A stretch of 63,849 nt of DNA, counting the filler, from Polymyxa betae A26-41 (taxonomy: Eukaryota; Protista; Endomyxa: Phytomyxea), in assembly GCA_003693705.1 (NCBI GenBank). It is 5 parts of 5 records of this genome, joined end to end, with 100 filler letters (N's around TTAATTAATTAA, not from the genome) between each part and the next. Parts side by side here need not be neighbours in the genome. Positions count along the whole stretch, not along the records: positions 1 to 7,011 come from RBZT01000184.1; positions 7,112 to 34,354 come from RBZT01000719.1; 3 more parts are not named here. One strand, given 5' to 3'. The notes under the pieces were generated by a model that was given only the letters and a program-made list of their open reading frames with translations, did not search any database and was not told the origin of the DNA. Both the position numbers and the translations under genes were made by a program. Shown piece by piece: positions 1 to 12,137 of the stretch. The number at the start of each line of letters is the position of its first letter. The first letter of the stretch is position 1.

Positions 1-1008
1 GCTCCTCTTTCGAAGGCTTCTGCGGACACTTTGACATAAAATGTCCACTTTGTCCGCACTTCAGGCACTTGACTTCTCGCCGATCGGTTTTGGCCTTCTT
101 ATCTTTGCCCTTCCGATCATCGCCTCCACGGTTCCGCTTCGGCTTCTTGGTCGCTGCGCTGCGGACTCCCATGTCCTGACCCATTGAATTCATCTCATCG
201 AATATCTTGGTCTTGGCCTTCAAAGTGTCAAAGAAAGCCTCGGGATCCTGCTGCAGGTGCGGCATCGAAACGTTACCACATTCTTCATGTAGTTTCGAAA
301 GCTGGGGGTCTGCACGGCCTCGATCAGGAATCTGACAAGGTTCTTCTGGCCACCCGGAGTTGCAAAGAGGCCGCCCCAATTGTTTTCAGTCGTTAGCTGC
401 TCGACTTGGCGTTGCAGATCATGTACACGAGCTGCAGACGCCGAAATCCGAAGATCCATCTTCAGATTCTCACGCATAATCTTGGAAAAAGTATGCTGGC
501 TTGAGGTGTCGCTGCCCTGCTGCTCCTTCAGCCATCGTAGCAGGAACGAGTCGCATAAAGCCGTTCCGACGGACCTCCAGTCCCGCTCATACTTCATAAG
601 CGCCGATAATAAAACCGGGTCGAACATAGACTTAACAGTCCGCGGAGTTATCTTGACCACGGACTCAGCATTGACATCCTCGATGTTCTGCCGATACAAC
701 GCATACTTGCGCAAGAACCTGATAATGTCCTTTGTATCGGTCCGCCTTAACGTAGGCGCGTTGTTGGCTTGCATGAGCACTTGGCCAGAGGGCCGAGACT
801 CCGCCGGTAACGTTACATCCGGTCCATTGGATGCATCGACGCTCGTTACGCTGGCGTCTACCGAAACATCGGTGGTTGATGATAATGTTACACTGTTATC
901 ATCGTCATGGACTCGCATAGCGACGTCCGGGATAGAGCATGAGTCCGTGGAAGGGTCCTCGTTGTAGTACAGAACGAGTTCACGGCACTGGACGACGTTG
1001 CTCGACAT
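1..1008 (-). pseudogene. gag: Ty3/Gypsy gag, frameshifted and truncated by the window edge
   Basis: ATG at 1008 within ORF 220..1224. The reverse strand near 1-80 translates EVKCLKCGQSGHFMSKCPQKP (CCHC zinc knuckle), similar to the gag knuckle at 18614-19132. Confidence 0.8.
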
Positions 1009-1043
1009 GATGATAGTTGTAGGGGTAGGGTTAGGGTTAGGGT

Positions 1044-1076
1044 TGTAGCGTAAACTTGAGCTAGTACGGCTACAGA
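1044..1076 (-). repeat. Probable 3' end of a 5' LTR (…TTTACGCTACA) upstream of gag
   Basis: On the element strand TGTAGCCGTA…TACGCTACA forms a terminal hairpin ending in CA, 36 nt upstream of the gag ATG. The rest is lost in the N gap. Confidence 0.5.
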
Positions 1077-1218
1077 NNNNNNNNNNNNNNNNNNNNNNNN
1101 NNNNNNNNNNNNNNNNNNNNNNNNNNNNNNNNNNNNNNNNNNNNNNNNNNNNNNNNNNNNNNNNNNNNNNNNNNNNNNNNNNNNNNNNNNNNNNNNNNNN
1201 NNNNNNNNNNNNNNNNNT

Positions 1219-1287
1219 GATCAATCATTAGCATCGATTTACTCAGTTGTTCTATTTGTCTTGAATGTGAGACAGCCTCACTACACA
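1219..1287 (-). repeat. LTR start, family A (TGTGTAGTGAGG…)
   Basis: Reverse complement is near-identical to 54267-54324. Confidence 0.8.
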
Positions 1288-1559
1288 CTAAACAGCAGGT
1301 TTACGAATATTTGAAAAAGAATGCTGTGTATTATCGAAAGGCGGTAATCGGAATGACCTATGCTACGCTATATTCAGGAGTAAAATAGTTTCTAAGAACG
1401 TTCTAGGAATCTTCCAAGTTGATGGTCGCTGGGAATGGACTGGCGGAAGCTCGAGGGTTTTCGGAATGTTCTACTCCAGTATAGGCTTCGCACTCCGTAG
1501 AGCTGGTTGCGCCTGCAGTTACGTTACCTAAGACTCTGGCAGGGACACAGGCCCTGACA
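1288..1559 (+). repeat. LTR fragment ending …GGCCCTGACA, inserted in a PIF transposase
   Basis: The CCCTGACA terminus (same last 8 nt as family C LTRs) abuts the resumed transposase frame LQKRFAIVRNP at 1560. Confidence 0.55.
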
Positions 1560-1919
1560 TTGCAGAAGCGCTTTGCTATCGTCAGGAACCCGGCACGAAT
1601 ATGGCATAAGGAAAAACTGGGACCAGTCATGAGAACCTGCATCATTCTTCACAATATGATCGTGGAAGACGAGCGAAATAATCCTGAGTTTGCAGAGGAC
1701 GAGGCGTTTGAAGTTGGTAAGCTTCGTCCTGATCGCCGTAGACGGCGCTCTCGAAGAGCTGTGACGCCCATAAATGTCAGACGAACAAACTTTGAAGACT
1801 TCCCTAGAGAGTCCTTTGCAGCAATCGTTGTTCGCACTCAAGCGACTCGCGATAATGCTGTCTTTTATCAACTGCAGTCTGATTTAATTGTTCATCTGTG
1901 GAACTCTGCAGGAAATTAA
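1560..1919 (+). pseudogene. PIF/Harbinger DDE transposase, C-terminal fragment
   Basis: QKRFAIVRNPARIW…MRTCIILHNMIVEDER…LQSDLIVHLW, the typical plant/fungal PIF transposase C-terminus. Confidence 0.9.
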
Positions 1920-1929
1920 TGTTTATGAT

Positions 1930-2666
1930 GTATCTAAATTCCCATTTTCTGGGCCTGAGCTCGAAGTTTTGCAATTTCAATTTTGCGTTTTAACTCATGA
2001 AATTCACACGCTGTATCGTCCAGTGTTGAGAGATTTACAGAAAAAAGAGCCGGACGGGTTTGCTCTTCAATAAGGTCGTTGCGTCGTCGCGCTTCTGTAA
2101 CGTAAGAAATTTAGATTTCGATCGAGTCTTCATCATCGTCATCATTGGGTTTTCGTACCATTGCTTTGGATTTTTCCGCTCCAGGGCGTCTCTTCAATGC
2201 AGATGACTGTTCCACCGAATCATGATCATCATTCTCTCCTTTTGGACGCATGCGGTTTGAATGGGAAACCTTTGGAGTCAGCCCATTTTCAAATTGTGGT
2301 ACATTCTGGCGCAGGTTCTCCCAAACATTGCGAAAACAGAAAACGATTTTCTCAATCTCCAGATAAAGTCTCAATGCTTCATCAATATAATAATCTTCCT
2401 GCTCTCCAGATTTAGGTTTAGTCATCGCAGTGGCAAAATATCCTGAAAACTTGGAGCATGCTGCCTGAATTTGTTTCCATCGATTACTCAGTGCTTCAGC
2501 GGTTCGACTGGATTGTTTCATGAACACCAAAAACTGCTGCAAAACGCGGGCGTAGTATGTTGCACTCCTCTGATCAGAACCCACAACAGGGTCATGGCTG
2601 ACATGCACAACAGACCGAGCAAGGGACATGTTCTCTTCTGAGCTCCAGCTCTTTCCTGGTCCCATG
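1930..2666 (-). pseudogene. PIF accessory Myb/SANT-like (NAM-associated type) protein
   Basis: MGPGKSWSSEENMSLARS…DPVVGSDQRSATYY…ALSNRWKQIQAACSKFSG…RPGAEKSK. Confidence 0.85.
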
Positions 2667-3198
2667 AGTTCCCAGGAATATGCTACAGAAGAATCCGGGC
2701 AGCAACAAACAGATTCTACTAGGAAACTACCTACACTCCGCAAAAAAAAATCATGTCCTAATCTACCCCTACCGGAATTGAGCTCAAGCCGCGACAGTCG
2801 ACACTGACAAAACACCGTAGAACTGAGAATAGCCAGCGGTCTATTTCTTTAGAAAATAGACCGGTCTAAAAAGTAGATAGCCTAAAGAGTATAAACCCGC
2901 GTTGGGGCATTTCGAAACCGGTTCATATAGAATAGACTTCGCAATAGACCCGCGTTGGAGATGCTCTAAGTGGCAAGTTATGGGAAAAGGTCTGCTCCAA
3001 GTCACTTACACCTTCAGTCCCGCACTCCTGATTACCAATTGCAAACGGGATGCAAGTGGATGATGAAGGTTTGCACGATGGAACCTTTGAACCATTGACG
3101 GTGCATCCGTCACGATTCTATCTGTAGGTTCCATGAATTTTCAAGATCACTAAATCCTTTCCAGTGAATGAGCAACTCTAACTCTCCAGATGTTGGCG

Positions 3199-3500
3199 TG
3201 TTGGAGATATATTTGCTGGAATCCGGCAACGCTTCTTCCGCAACTCCGTAGACGGCATGACACGTCAGCAACTACATCCTCAGTCATGGGAAGTCACGTC
3301 AGCAATGGCCGTATAAGGAGCTGGCTATATATCAGGGATTCCAGGACTCTCATCCCGAGTGGAAACGCCACGTCAGCACGACAGCGACGGCGTCCGAATC
3401 AAGAAACGATTCTAACTGGATACAACCGGAAATAAAACACTTACTCTCAATTCTCTCATTCAAAGAACATGTGTCTCGTTTGTTCTTTATCAATCTAACA
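3199..3500. repeat. Solo LTR (302 bp) inserted in the chromodomain
   Basis: TGTTGGA…TCTAACA termini; 5-bp TSD TGGCG at 3194-3198 and 3501-3505. Confidence 0.9.
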
Positions 3501-4009
3501 TGGCGAACATCCAAAATCGCTTCAATCTCAAATCTAGTATTATCAAATGCAAACTGAGTTTTGAGCTCTTCAGTGACATTCAACTTAGAATCACAAACAA
3601 AGCAGAGACGGTCACCATGAACCTGCTGTCTCTCCTGTGTAATTATGTTTTCCACTATGAAAACATAGCCATTTACCAGCTCAACAATTCTGTATGGCCC
3701 TCGCCATTTTAAGTACAATTTCTGATTGGGATAGCGATCCACAACTCCGACTAAGACAAACTCTCCAAGACCAAAGTTTGCTCTCTGTCGAGCACGTTTA
3801 TCGCTGAGACGATGAATTTCACGTTCAAGTTCAGTTGCCTTCAAAACTGGAGAAGGAGCGTTTTCAGAAACATGATCAACAAAGTTTTTAGAATTAGAAA
3901 TAACATTTAAATCGGAAGCTTTGCCAGCTAAAAGACAAATTTGAGATTCAACATCAATGCCTAGACGATGCAAGAACGGATGTCCAAGCAAAACTTCAGA
4001 CATAATAAT

Positions 4010-4196
4010 TGTAGAGGGATGTCCCGTCGATGAGGCTTCTTCAGAAGGCATCGTGGCTTAGCAACGCGTCGACTCCCGAGAACAAGGGCGAGCAGTAGAG
4101 AGGAAAAAGAATGAATTTTTGTATTAATTAAAGGCCTGAGACGTTTTCTACCACTCACTGTTTGATTGGCTACAAACCACTCCGGTACTCCCTACA
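4010..4196. repeat. Solo LTR (187 bp) inserted in the Gypsy protease
   Basis: TGTAGAGGGA…TCCCTACA; TSD ATAAT at 4005-4009 and 4197-4201. Removal restores HQIYIADII|MSEVLLG. Confidence 0.9.
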
Positions 4197-4431
4197 ATAA
4201 TGTCAGCAATATAAATTTGGTGACGACGAACAGTAACATTCCCAGCTTCAGTAGGAAGCGTAACATTAAATAAAGCAAATCGTGAACAGGTAGCTAAATC
4301 ATCATTAGTAACACGAAACTCTAAAGGATTTTGAGAAATTGCAAAAGGTTCAAAATTTCCAAGATGGTTAAAACCCATTATTGAGAAATCAGCCCCAGCA
4401 TCAACAGATACAGGAACCGACGAACCGTAGA

Positions 4432-4960
4432 TGGGCTCCGATCGGTAGTCTCGGGTCGGGTACCTGCCTACTACCGGTATCGTATCCGGTACTGGTAGTA
4501 TCCTCTACGTACAGAAGCACGAAATTGGAATAAAGGAGCGGAAACAACTTTACTGTTCATCTTTTCAATGCACACTTGCCGAACAGTGATGAACTGAGCG
4601 TCTCTGGCTTCAAGGAGTATCTGCGAAGCCCGATCATATCTCGAACTCAGTTAAATACTCTTTCAACCGCCACTGATGATCCATTAATGGAAAGAATGTC
4701 CTTGGCAACTTTGTTGAAGTTTGAAAAACTGCTTCGGATGGGGTTTCCAGAATTCCAAGGGATCGACTGCTGGATGCTCTCAGCGCACGCTCAGGTACTT
4801 ATCCACTTCATCCATTACCTGTTGCTCTGCTACAGTATGGGAGACTATAAATTTCGGTAGTTTTCGGGACCCGGTCGGATAGCTCCATAGTACCGGTACC
4901 CTACCGGTATCCGCTCTGAACACCGATACTCGGGTAGTATCCGACCGAGTCGGAGCCCTA
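4432..4960 (-). mobile_element. Non-autonomous hAT derivative retaining the dimerisation-domain coding region
   Basis: TIR T(A)GGGCTCCGA…TCGGAGCCCTA; 8-bp TSD ACCGTAGA at 4424-4431 and 4961-4968. Reverse frames give DEVDKYL…DPLEFWK…VAKDILSINGSSVAVERVF…GLRRYSLKPET. Confidence 0.9.
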
Positions 4961-6213
4961 ACCGTAGAGGAAAGGTTACCAACCGACAGTAGGGCTTTTC
5001 TTAAAGAGCGAGATGTGGTCATCTCAGGTCCAGGTTCAGGATAAGGATCAGGCACTACAGACGGCGGGTGAGGAGGCGAGACAGCAATTGCACACGACAA
5101 TGACGACATCTGAGATTCAAGTTAAGTAGAAAAAGACATCCGAGAAATAGAGCGATTTTCAATAGGTAAATCTTCAGCATAGGCGTGGGAATTTACAACC
5201 TCAATTTTAGAAGCCGATTCACCGAGATCAGTCGATGATAAGATACCGGGCTTCGATTCTGAAGAGGAGCTAGCGATTAAAAGAATTAAATCGTGAATTT
5301 GAATTTGGAAACGAACGAGAATTCGAACCATGTTTTGTGAAGCTGTTAGAATTAGACACATAGTCGCGGCGAGAATTGGATTAATTAGAAGGGGGAAAGG
5401 CCGAGTTACGAGAAGCTTTCACAGCAGTCTCGATGGCTTTAAGATTGCTTTCACATTCACGAACCAAGTCGAAGATAGTATCAAGAACAGTAAGCTTCCT
5501 TACTTTGGCATTAACCATGGCAACAAAGAGCCTAGAACGATTACGAAGTGATTGTAAGAATAAACGAGTGCAAGAAGATTTCAGAGATAAGAAAGTCAGG
5601 AATAACTTCTTGTGCATATCGGAAGAAAGCGAAAATCGAAGGATGTAATCAGATAGAGGCTCGTTCTGAAATAGAATGGCAGTTTCCAACTTCTCACGAA
5701 GAATGCCCTCTAAAGCACGAGGGTCGGCAGAAAATGTATACTATTTACCAAAACTTTCGAGAAGTTCAACAGAAGTCGAAACAGTCTCCACTATAGCACG
5801 ATCTTGAGCCGCTTCAGTAAGGCAGCAGTACAGATGTTGTAATCGAGCACTCTCAGGGACCAAACTCGTAAGCTTAGAGAAACGGTTACGAAATGAAATA
5901 TATTTGAAAGCACGAACAATAACGCGATCAGTGTCAGTTAACTCTTGAACATTTTGAGTATCGGCAAATGTATTCAGAACAAAAAGGTGGAGAGCGGCTA
6001 TTTTCGGTGGGAGCATCCTCAGGCCTCAAATTTGATCGGCAAGTGTTGGCGGACTCGGACTCACGTAGTTTCAACGAGCAAGCAATGCCCTTGTCAGGTG
6101 GGTGCTGGAATATGACTCGACATTGCAAAAAGATTCCAAGCCTGGGAGGTTCCACGGAGTCGGAGTGCGCGAAGTGCGCACTGGCCGTGCATACTGGCCC
6201 GGGGCGTTCTTGG

Positions 6214-6399
6214 TGTCATGATTCACTACTTNNNNNNTTCCTGTTGACTCAAGTATCGTGACTCATAACTTCGAACCTTTGCTTTCTCTGTTTATCGAAA
6301 TACAATCATTCTCGAATCTATTCGATTCTTATTAACTCTTGTTCGCCTGCTTCTTCGTAGCCTTCACATACTCTTCCTCGCCCTGTCCCAGTTCTCACA
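6214..6399 (+). repeat. LTR family B (solo, or full element collapsed in the gap)
   Basis: TGTCATGATT…CTCACA; TSD CTTGG at 6209-6213 and 6400-6404; homologous to 59644-59871. Confidence 0.9.
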
Positions 6400-6784
6400 C
6401 TTGGAATGTTCCGGATAGTATTTAATTAAGGTTTGTTTATGATAAATAGATCAGCTGTGTTTCGGTCATCGAATTTTAGCATCGGTAGGCCTTCCAGGTA
6501 GCGATGGCGAAGAGTGGGACGAAGACACCAGCTCACAGCTCCTGATCAGCGACTCCACGGCGAGATGAGATAGACACCATGCCCCACCCTTTTCAGCAAG
6601 AATTTTTTTTGAAGACTTCATCATCAGAATGTCATTACCTTGTCGCGACTCTGATTCACGTTACAGAATATATCTTCTGTGACGGTTTACATTTTTACCA
6701 GTTTTCACTTAATACAGCGTTGCCCTATAACGGACTGAAGGCCCTGAACAGCCTTCAGTCCGATAAACGTGCGTTTTTACTAAC

Positions 6785-7011
6785 CTCGTTTGTCTCGCCT
6801 CGCCTGAATTATGATTTAGTAGAATTAGATTCCAGGCCCTGTAGCGGTTTCGTCTCGAGAACGCGACACGTTTTAATAAAGCGTTGAATTGGATTGTGTT
6901 TTATTGGGATTCAATATCAGGCCTCCAACCTCGTTCAGGCCCGTCAAGAGTAGTTCCGGACTTTCCGGACTCCGCGAGCGACTCACGCAGTCTCTGCCGC
7001 CACTGGGACAC
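6785..7011 (-). repeat. LTR fragment related to family A
   Basis: TGAATTATGATTTAGTAGAATTAGATTCCAGGCC and GACTCACGCAG…GCCGCCACTGGG match the reverse complement of 54390-54510. Confidence 0.65.
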
Positions 7012-7111
7012 NNNNNNNNNNNNNNNNNNNNNNNNNNNNNNNNNNNNNNNNNNNNTTAATTAATTAANNNNNNNNNNNNNNNNNNNNNNNNNNNNNNNNN
7101 NNNNNNNNNNN
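7012..7111. other. Artificial contig linker (N44-TTAATTAATTAA-N44)
   Basis: The same six-frame-stop linker recurs at 34355-34454, 38887-38986 and 56452-56551. Confidence 0.97.
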
Positions 7112-7239
7112 GAACCGCAGCTTTTACGTTACCTACATAGAGTGAGCCATCCCTACCACGGAAAGGCTCTTAAGAGGACTCCGGACTCAACTCTCCGCTA
7201 CCGCAGCGTAGACCCCCCTAAACCCTAAACCCCCGGACA

Positions 7240-8828
7240 GATATTGAACGAGCATTCGGGGTTCTTCAACAGCGATTTGCTATTGTAAAGAATCCCGGCC
7301 GATCTTGAGTAAAGGCAGGTTGAGCAATATCCTGACGACCTGTATTATATTGCATAATATGGTTGGTGGTGGAAGACGAACTGATTGGAATCTATTGGCA
7401 AATGTGGATTTCCTCAAAAGCCCATACCTTTCTAATACCAGTGTTTCACGACTCGCTCGGCGAAGACGGCGCAGGGCACAGATGCTGGATCTGTAAAACC
7501 GATATTTCGCACACCGGCCACGATAGTCTGCCCGACAAATCAGTAGCTATGATAGTCAAGCGAATGGAGAGTGATCGTGACATTCAAAAACATTATCAGT
7601 TACTGGCTGACCAGATCAGCCATTTGTGGAATACGAAGGCGGCGCATCAGTAGTCGAGCAGCAGTTCGTGCGAAACATGTATTGGATCCAACCTATCTAA
7701 ACAATAGTGTGGTTAGTCAAACGACAGACCAGACTGACTGACATCATATTCAAATTCATAGTCAGCAGGCAGCAACCCCTCTGCCTTCGCCTTTTGAATT
7801 TGCTTTTCCGTTTCGATTCGTCGCAGAAGATTGAAATAGTTATTGGACAAAGCATCGTTTCGTGCCTTGAAAAGTTCGATAGTATTACTTTCAGCTTGAA
7901 GCTCAAGCAGTTTCTTATTGAGTTCGTTTTGCTCCTCGAGAAAAGTATTTCAATTCTCTTCAGCGCCGCGTCTTTCATGGCTTGTCGCAAATGATTTTTA
8001 GATTCGTCAGCGATAGCGGCAGCTTTGGCCTTGTTTGTTCCTAATGGCCGCTGTACAGCCGAAGCGGAAGAATTTTTGTTCTCTTCACGCTCGATTAGTT
8101 CCAGTATATCGGGCATTGGATCGTCTGGCGGGCGTTGGATCGTTTCGTCGGTGACGCTTCATTCGCGATTTTAACAGGGAGTTCCTGTGCAGACTATCGT
8201 ATCTTCAAATTTTGGTACGCTAACCCTCAGGTATTCCCAAAAAATCTGAAATTGAAATTTCGTCTTTTCTGCAGCTTCATGAAGCGTCATTGCATTGAAA
8301 ATATAATCTTCTTTTCGTGACTCTTGTGTCGTTTTGGCGGTGCTGTAATGGCCGCAGAAGGCATTGAGAGACGGTTGCCGATCCTTTTGCCAACGATTCA
8401 TTAAAGCGCAAGCGGATCTTCGGGGTTCGCTGGCAAACTTTTTAACCTGATCAAAAACCTTTTCCCAGTATTGCTTCGCTTTTGATCGGCTCCTGTCAGT
8501 GGATCGTGGCTGACGGAAATTATGGATCTGGTGAGGAACATGTCTTCCTCCGACGTCCAAGCCTTTCCCTTCCCCATGGTTACGTATCGGTATCCCTCTA
8601 GTATTTCAAATCAAAGCGCGGTCGGTTTCGCAGATTTTATTGGAGATTTTCTCAAAAAAGAGCAAGAATTGCAGCTAGATCTGCAGTTAGATTCGGGAGC
8701 TATTTCAGCTGGGATAGCTCGCCACCCCCGCAATTTGTATTTTAGATAGCTCTTAGCTCTGCGGTGGGGCAAAATTCTGAGCCAAAATTAGCGTAAGCTC
8801 GAAGTTTAGCTCCGCGCTGGAGATGCTC
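7240..8828 (+). mobile_element. PIF/Harbinger #2 (right part), inserted in Copia gag
   Basis: DIERAFGVLQQRFAIVKNP…TCIILHNMV at 7240-7653; convergent degenerate Myb-like gene at 7697-8577; right TIR …CTGGAGATGCTC then TTA at 8829-8831. The left side is cut by an LTR-like piece ending CCCCGGACA at 7239. Confidence 0.88.
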
Positions 8829-8831
8829 TTA

Positions 8832-10411
8832 GAAGGCTGTTGGTCGGTTCGCTTTGTCTTCTTTGACTCCTGATATTTGCGCTTTTTGCTGTCTTCTCCG
8901 ACATGATTTTTCGTTTTGCAATAACTGCAAAAGATTGGCTCGGACGTTTTGCTGGCTGAAGGTATAGACGTGGCTGGTTTGTGATGCGCACTTGGAAGGA
9001 GGCTGCACTCGAGTTTGAGATCATGTTTGATCTCAGACCAAGTCATTCGCCGTCGCAGGATATCCTTTTTGGATGTATCGTCCGGGAATTTCCGGGCGAT
9101 ACGGATTCCGAAGCGCCGATCTTCAACCCGCTCGTGGTCGCCAATGTCAATCAGCTCGGATCGAATTCGATCCACAGCTGTGATGAATCTGTCAACGTGC
9201 GCAAGGTTCGAGGGAAATTTCAGATTGTCCATCTCCTCGTTGAGCAGCATTATAGTGGCCTCGCGGAGGTCACCTTGGGCAGCGCGATACTCCTCCTCCA
9301 GGGTATGCATCAAAGAGGCCGCGGTGTCTTAATGACGAGCCGCCGGCAGGAAAGAACCCTCCAGCTGGTTACGCACATAGCCGAGGGCTGCGCGGTCGGC
9401 GACGTAGAAAGCGGAGTCGCTGCCCAGAGGGCAACGGCAGAGGCCGCTCGAATCAGATGCTGGACAGCGCTTATGTCCGAAAACGAAAGCGCTCAAGTTG
9501 GTGCACGCCAGGTTGCTCGATAACCGGTCCTTCCAGATCACGAAGTTGCTCAGAAGCTGGTTCTGCTGGAGCGGCGGTGGGCATCGAATCTGGTGCCAGG
9601 TGGTAGCCGGCGTCATCGTGGCGGGCTGCGCCGAGGGCTCGATCACTGGATCTGCGGGCTCAGGGGTCTTCGAGCTGACGGCGATAATAGTCGGAGGTTG
9701 CGCTTCAGAAGAAGTGCGCTCCATGGTGGGGGCTGCGCCCATCGTGGACGAGGGCAGGGTGACAGGGGCCTGCTCTGTGGATCGGGCTGATGTGGCCGTC
9801 ACATCGGGCGCGGCCTCTTGTGTAGGTGGTTCCGTGGGAGCCGGGGTAGAGGGCTGCACGTGAAGTTGCGCGAGTTGGCCTAGCGAATGGTTGATGCCAT
9901 TCAACATGGCCATGAGCCCCGGTAGCGAGGACGGTCGCTCGGATGTGGGTCCGGCTGAGCCCGTGGAGGAAGGGGATGCCGTGCTGGGGAGTTGGGGTAG
10001 CTGTACTGCATGTACCGCCGGTGTGGAGAAGAGCCGCAGAGGCATGACGTAGCCAGTGCCTCCTGGAGTTGAACCAAAAGTTGGAGTCCCGGCGATCGGT
10101 TTCTGCCTCGGTACTGATGGGGCTGCTGGGTTAGGAGAGGCAGCATCTTGGTTTGCAGTGTGTTAGCGTTGAGGTGGCCTATAACCTGTTGGAAGTCGTG
10201 CGGATAGTAGGAATTCTAATAAAAGAGATGTAGTCGATATATCGGGAAATGAATTGTGTCAATTTATTTCCATTTATTCACGACAGAAGGTCCGACCGGG
10301 ACCGGAAAGGGCAGTCTTGACCGGAAAGGGAAGTCTTGACTCGTCGAACTGCGGGATCGATCCTGAGTCACCTTCCGATCAAACCCTAAAACCCTAATTT
10401 TCATTCCAACA
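8832..10411 (-). mobile_element. Ty1/Copia 5' part (LTR, PBS, gag)
   Basis: LTR 10187-10411 with TGTTGGAA…TTCCAACA; PBS GGTTATAGGCC at 10176-10186; gag ORFs 9329..10045 and 8753..9313 with NFVIWKDRL and degenerate knuckle FCSYCKTKNHVGEDS. Confidence 0.85.
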
Positions 10412-12137
10412 AACCAAGGCCAATCAGCTTTATCAGAGCGAAATTCTGATATATGATACAACGTAATAAATTTATAACACTACGGTTAACAATTTCAATC
10501 GTCCCTTTTGAGTAATGGGCGGAGGCACTAACAGAGTGTTGCTGCGTTCCAATTTTTTTACAAAACAGTTTCAAAGTCTCAGACACAAAATATAATGCCT
10601 GATCAGAAACATATACATTCGATCTGCCAAAAAGAGCTCTCCATTGTAACAAGGCATCAACTGTATGAGCCGTGTTTGGTACAATGACAGGTGTCAGTAA
10701 GACCACACCATAGAGATCATCTCGGATAACGAATATCCACTGATAATGTAAAGAGCTCTATAATTTAGACGCTATCTATAAATAATCAAATGCAAATCCT
10801 CATTAGGTCTTATTCCATGACATGCAGTTCCAAGAGGTCGAGGAATACGAAATCCTTTCCTCGTTGGAAGGCAATGCAAACATGAAGAGCAGACATCTTT
10901 GATGTCTTGCTTCATACCGACCCAAAATACCCAACTTCCTAGCATAGTAAGTGCATTTTTAAAGGAGAGATGACCACAATGACAGCCAGCATGAGCAATA
11001 ATGCATAGGCGTCTTTTTAGGTCACAACTTTGAACGGGTATCACTATTCGATTATGTGTTTCAACCAAGAATCCATCAGAGATCCTAGCAAGGTTGCTAT
11101 TAGGTAAGTGAAGACGTTGCTCCTCCAAAATTTCAAATGGGTCTGGCCAGAAAAAAAAAATTTGACACGGTTGAACACGAATTGCTGAGTTTATCAAATC
11201 AATATCGTCGGACGTGGGAGAATCATCAGATTCCTTCAAAGCTCTAATCTGAACTATGGGTTCATTGTTAGATATACCTGCACCCCAACGGGATAGCCGA
11301 TCTGCCCAATGGTTGTCTTCGCCGGGAATATGATGGATTATGTTATTATAATCACGAAGCTCGATTCCCCAGCGAATCAGTTTTTCTGCAGACTGTTTTG
11401 CACACTTCAAATTTTTATACATAGCAATAAGGTTCCTATGATCTGTGTACAAATGAAATGGTGTAGGCATATGTAATAAATAAGATAACTTTTTTAATGT
11501 ATCTTTTTTGGCAAAAGCCTCTTTATCGATAGTCGCCCAATTTAACTCACAGCCGTGGAATCGATGACCAACAAACCCAAAGGGTTGGTGATTTTGCTCT
11601 TGCAAGGGTTGGTTAGCTAGGTCCTCTATTGGAATCTGAGTAACAACTCAAGAACTAGCATAGTAACTTTCATCACAAAAGACACACTATAACATATTTT
11701 CAGATGAGTATGCTAACTCTACTGCATGAGAGATTGCATATTTCAAAACATTAAAAGCATTTGTATGTATTTCATTCCAGCCAATTTCTGCCTGCTCTCT
11801 TCGTTCGACGTGTCTGATGCTTCAATGTAGACTCAAAGATATCCTGCAATTTAACCACAATCTTATTGTAGTTCGGGAATGAACGAGACATCCATTGAGA
11901 GGCCATCAGTATCTGTTGAAATTCATTAGCCTTTTTCGGAATAGGCATATTACTTAGTGCATCGATCCATTGAGATCATGTTTTACTCCTGTTGGAGTAA
12001 ATCTTCCACAGAATTTCACTCTATTTTTAAAAAATGACGTTTGTCTATATTAAAATTTAAGTTGAATTTATCGGCTGGTTCGAAAGTTCGGCTCAATGTA
12101 GCGAATCAAGCTTCTTCAGTATTAGCATAGCGCAATA

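Larger units (their letters stand above)
1560..2966 (+). mobile_element. PIF/Harbinger DNA transposon #1 (right part)
   Basis: Right TIR …TTGGAGATGCTC (reverse complement GAGCATCTCCAA) followed by TAA at 2967-2969. Convergent transposase and Myb-like genes. Confidence 0.9.
2970..6200 (-). mobile_element. Internally deleted Ty3/Gypsy chromovirus (gag-like, protease, integrase C-terminus, chromodomain, start of 3' LTR)
   Basis: Protease-like VSVDAGADFS and EVLLGHPFL; KWRGPY; chromodomain FEIEAILDVR…LLIHWKGFSDLENSW; purine-rich tract then TGTAAGTGAC at 3010. No RT or RNase H between protease and GPY. Confidence 0.7.

Noticed and set aside
380-967. Antisense ORFs over TE genes (e.g. 380..967, 8981..9523, 21863..22420)
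   Set aside because: Shadow frames of recognisable genes on the opposite strand, with no motifs of their own.
1020-1043. True telomere or chromosome end
   Set aside because: Only about four imperfect units, embedded between an LTR-like end and gag.
7056-7067. TTAATTAATTAA palindrome recurring four times
   Set aside because: Always centred in a 100-bp N block; a scaffolding linker, not biology.
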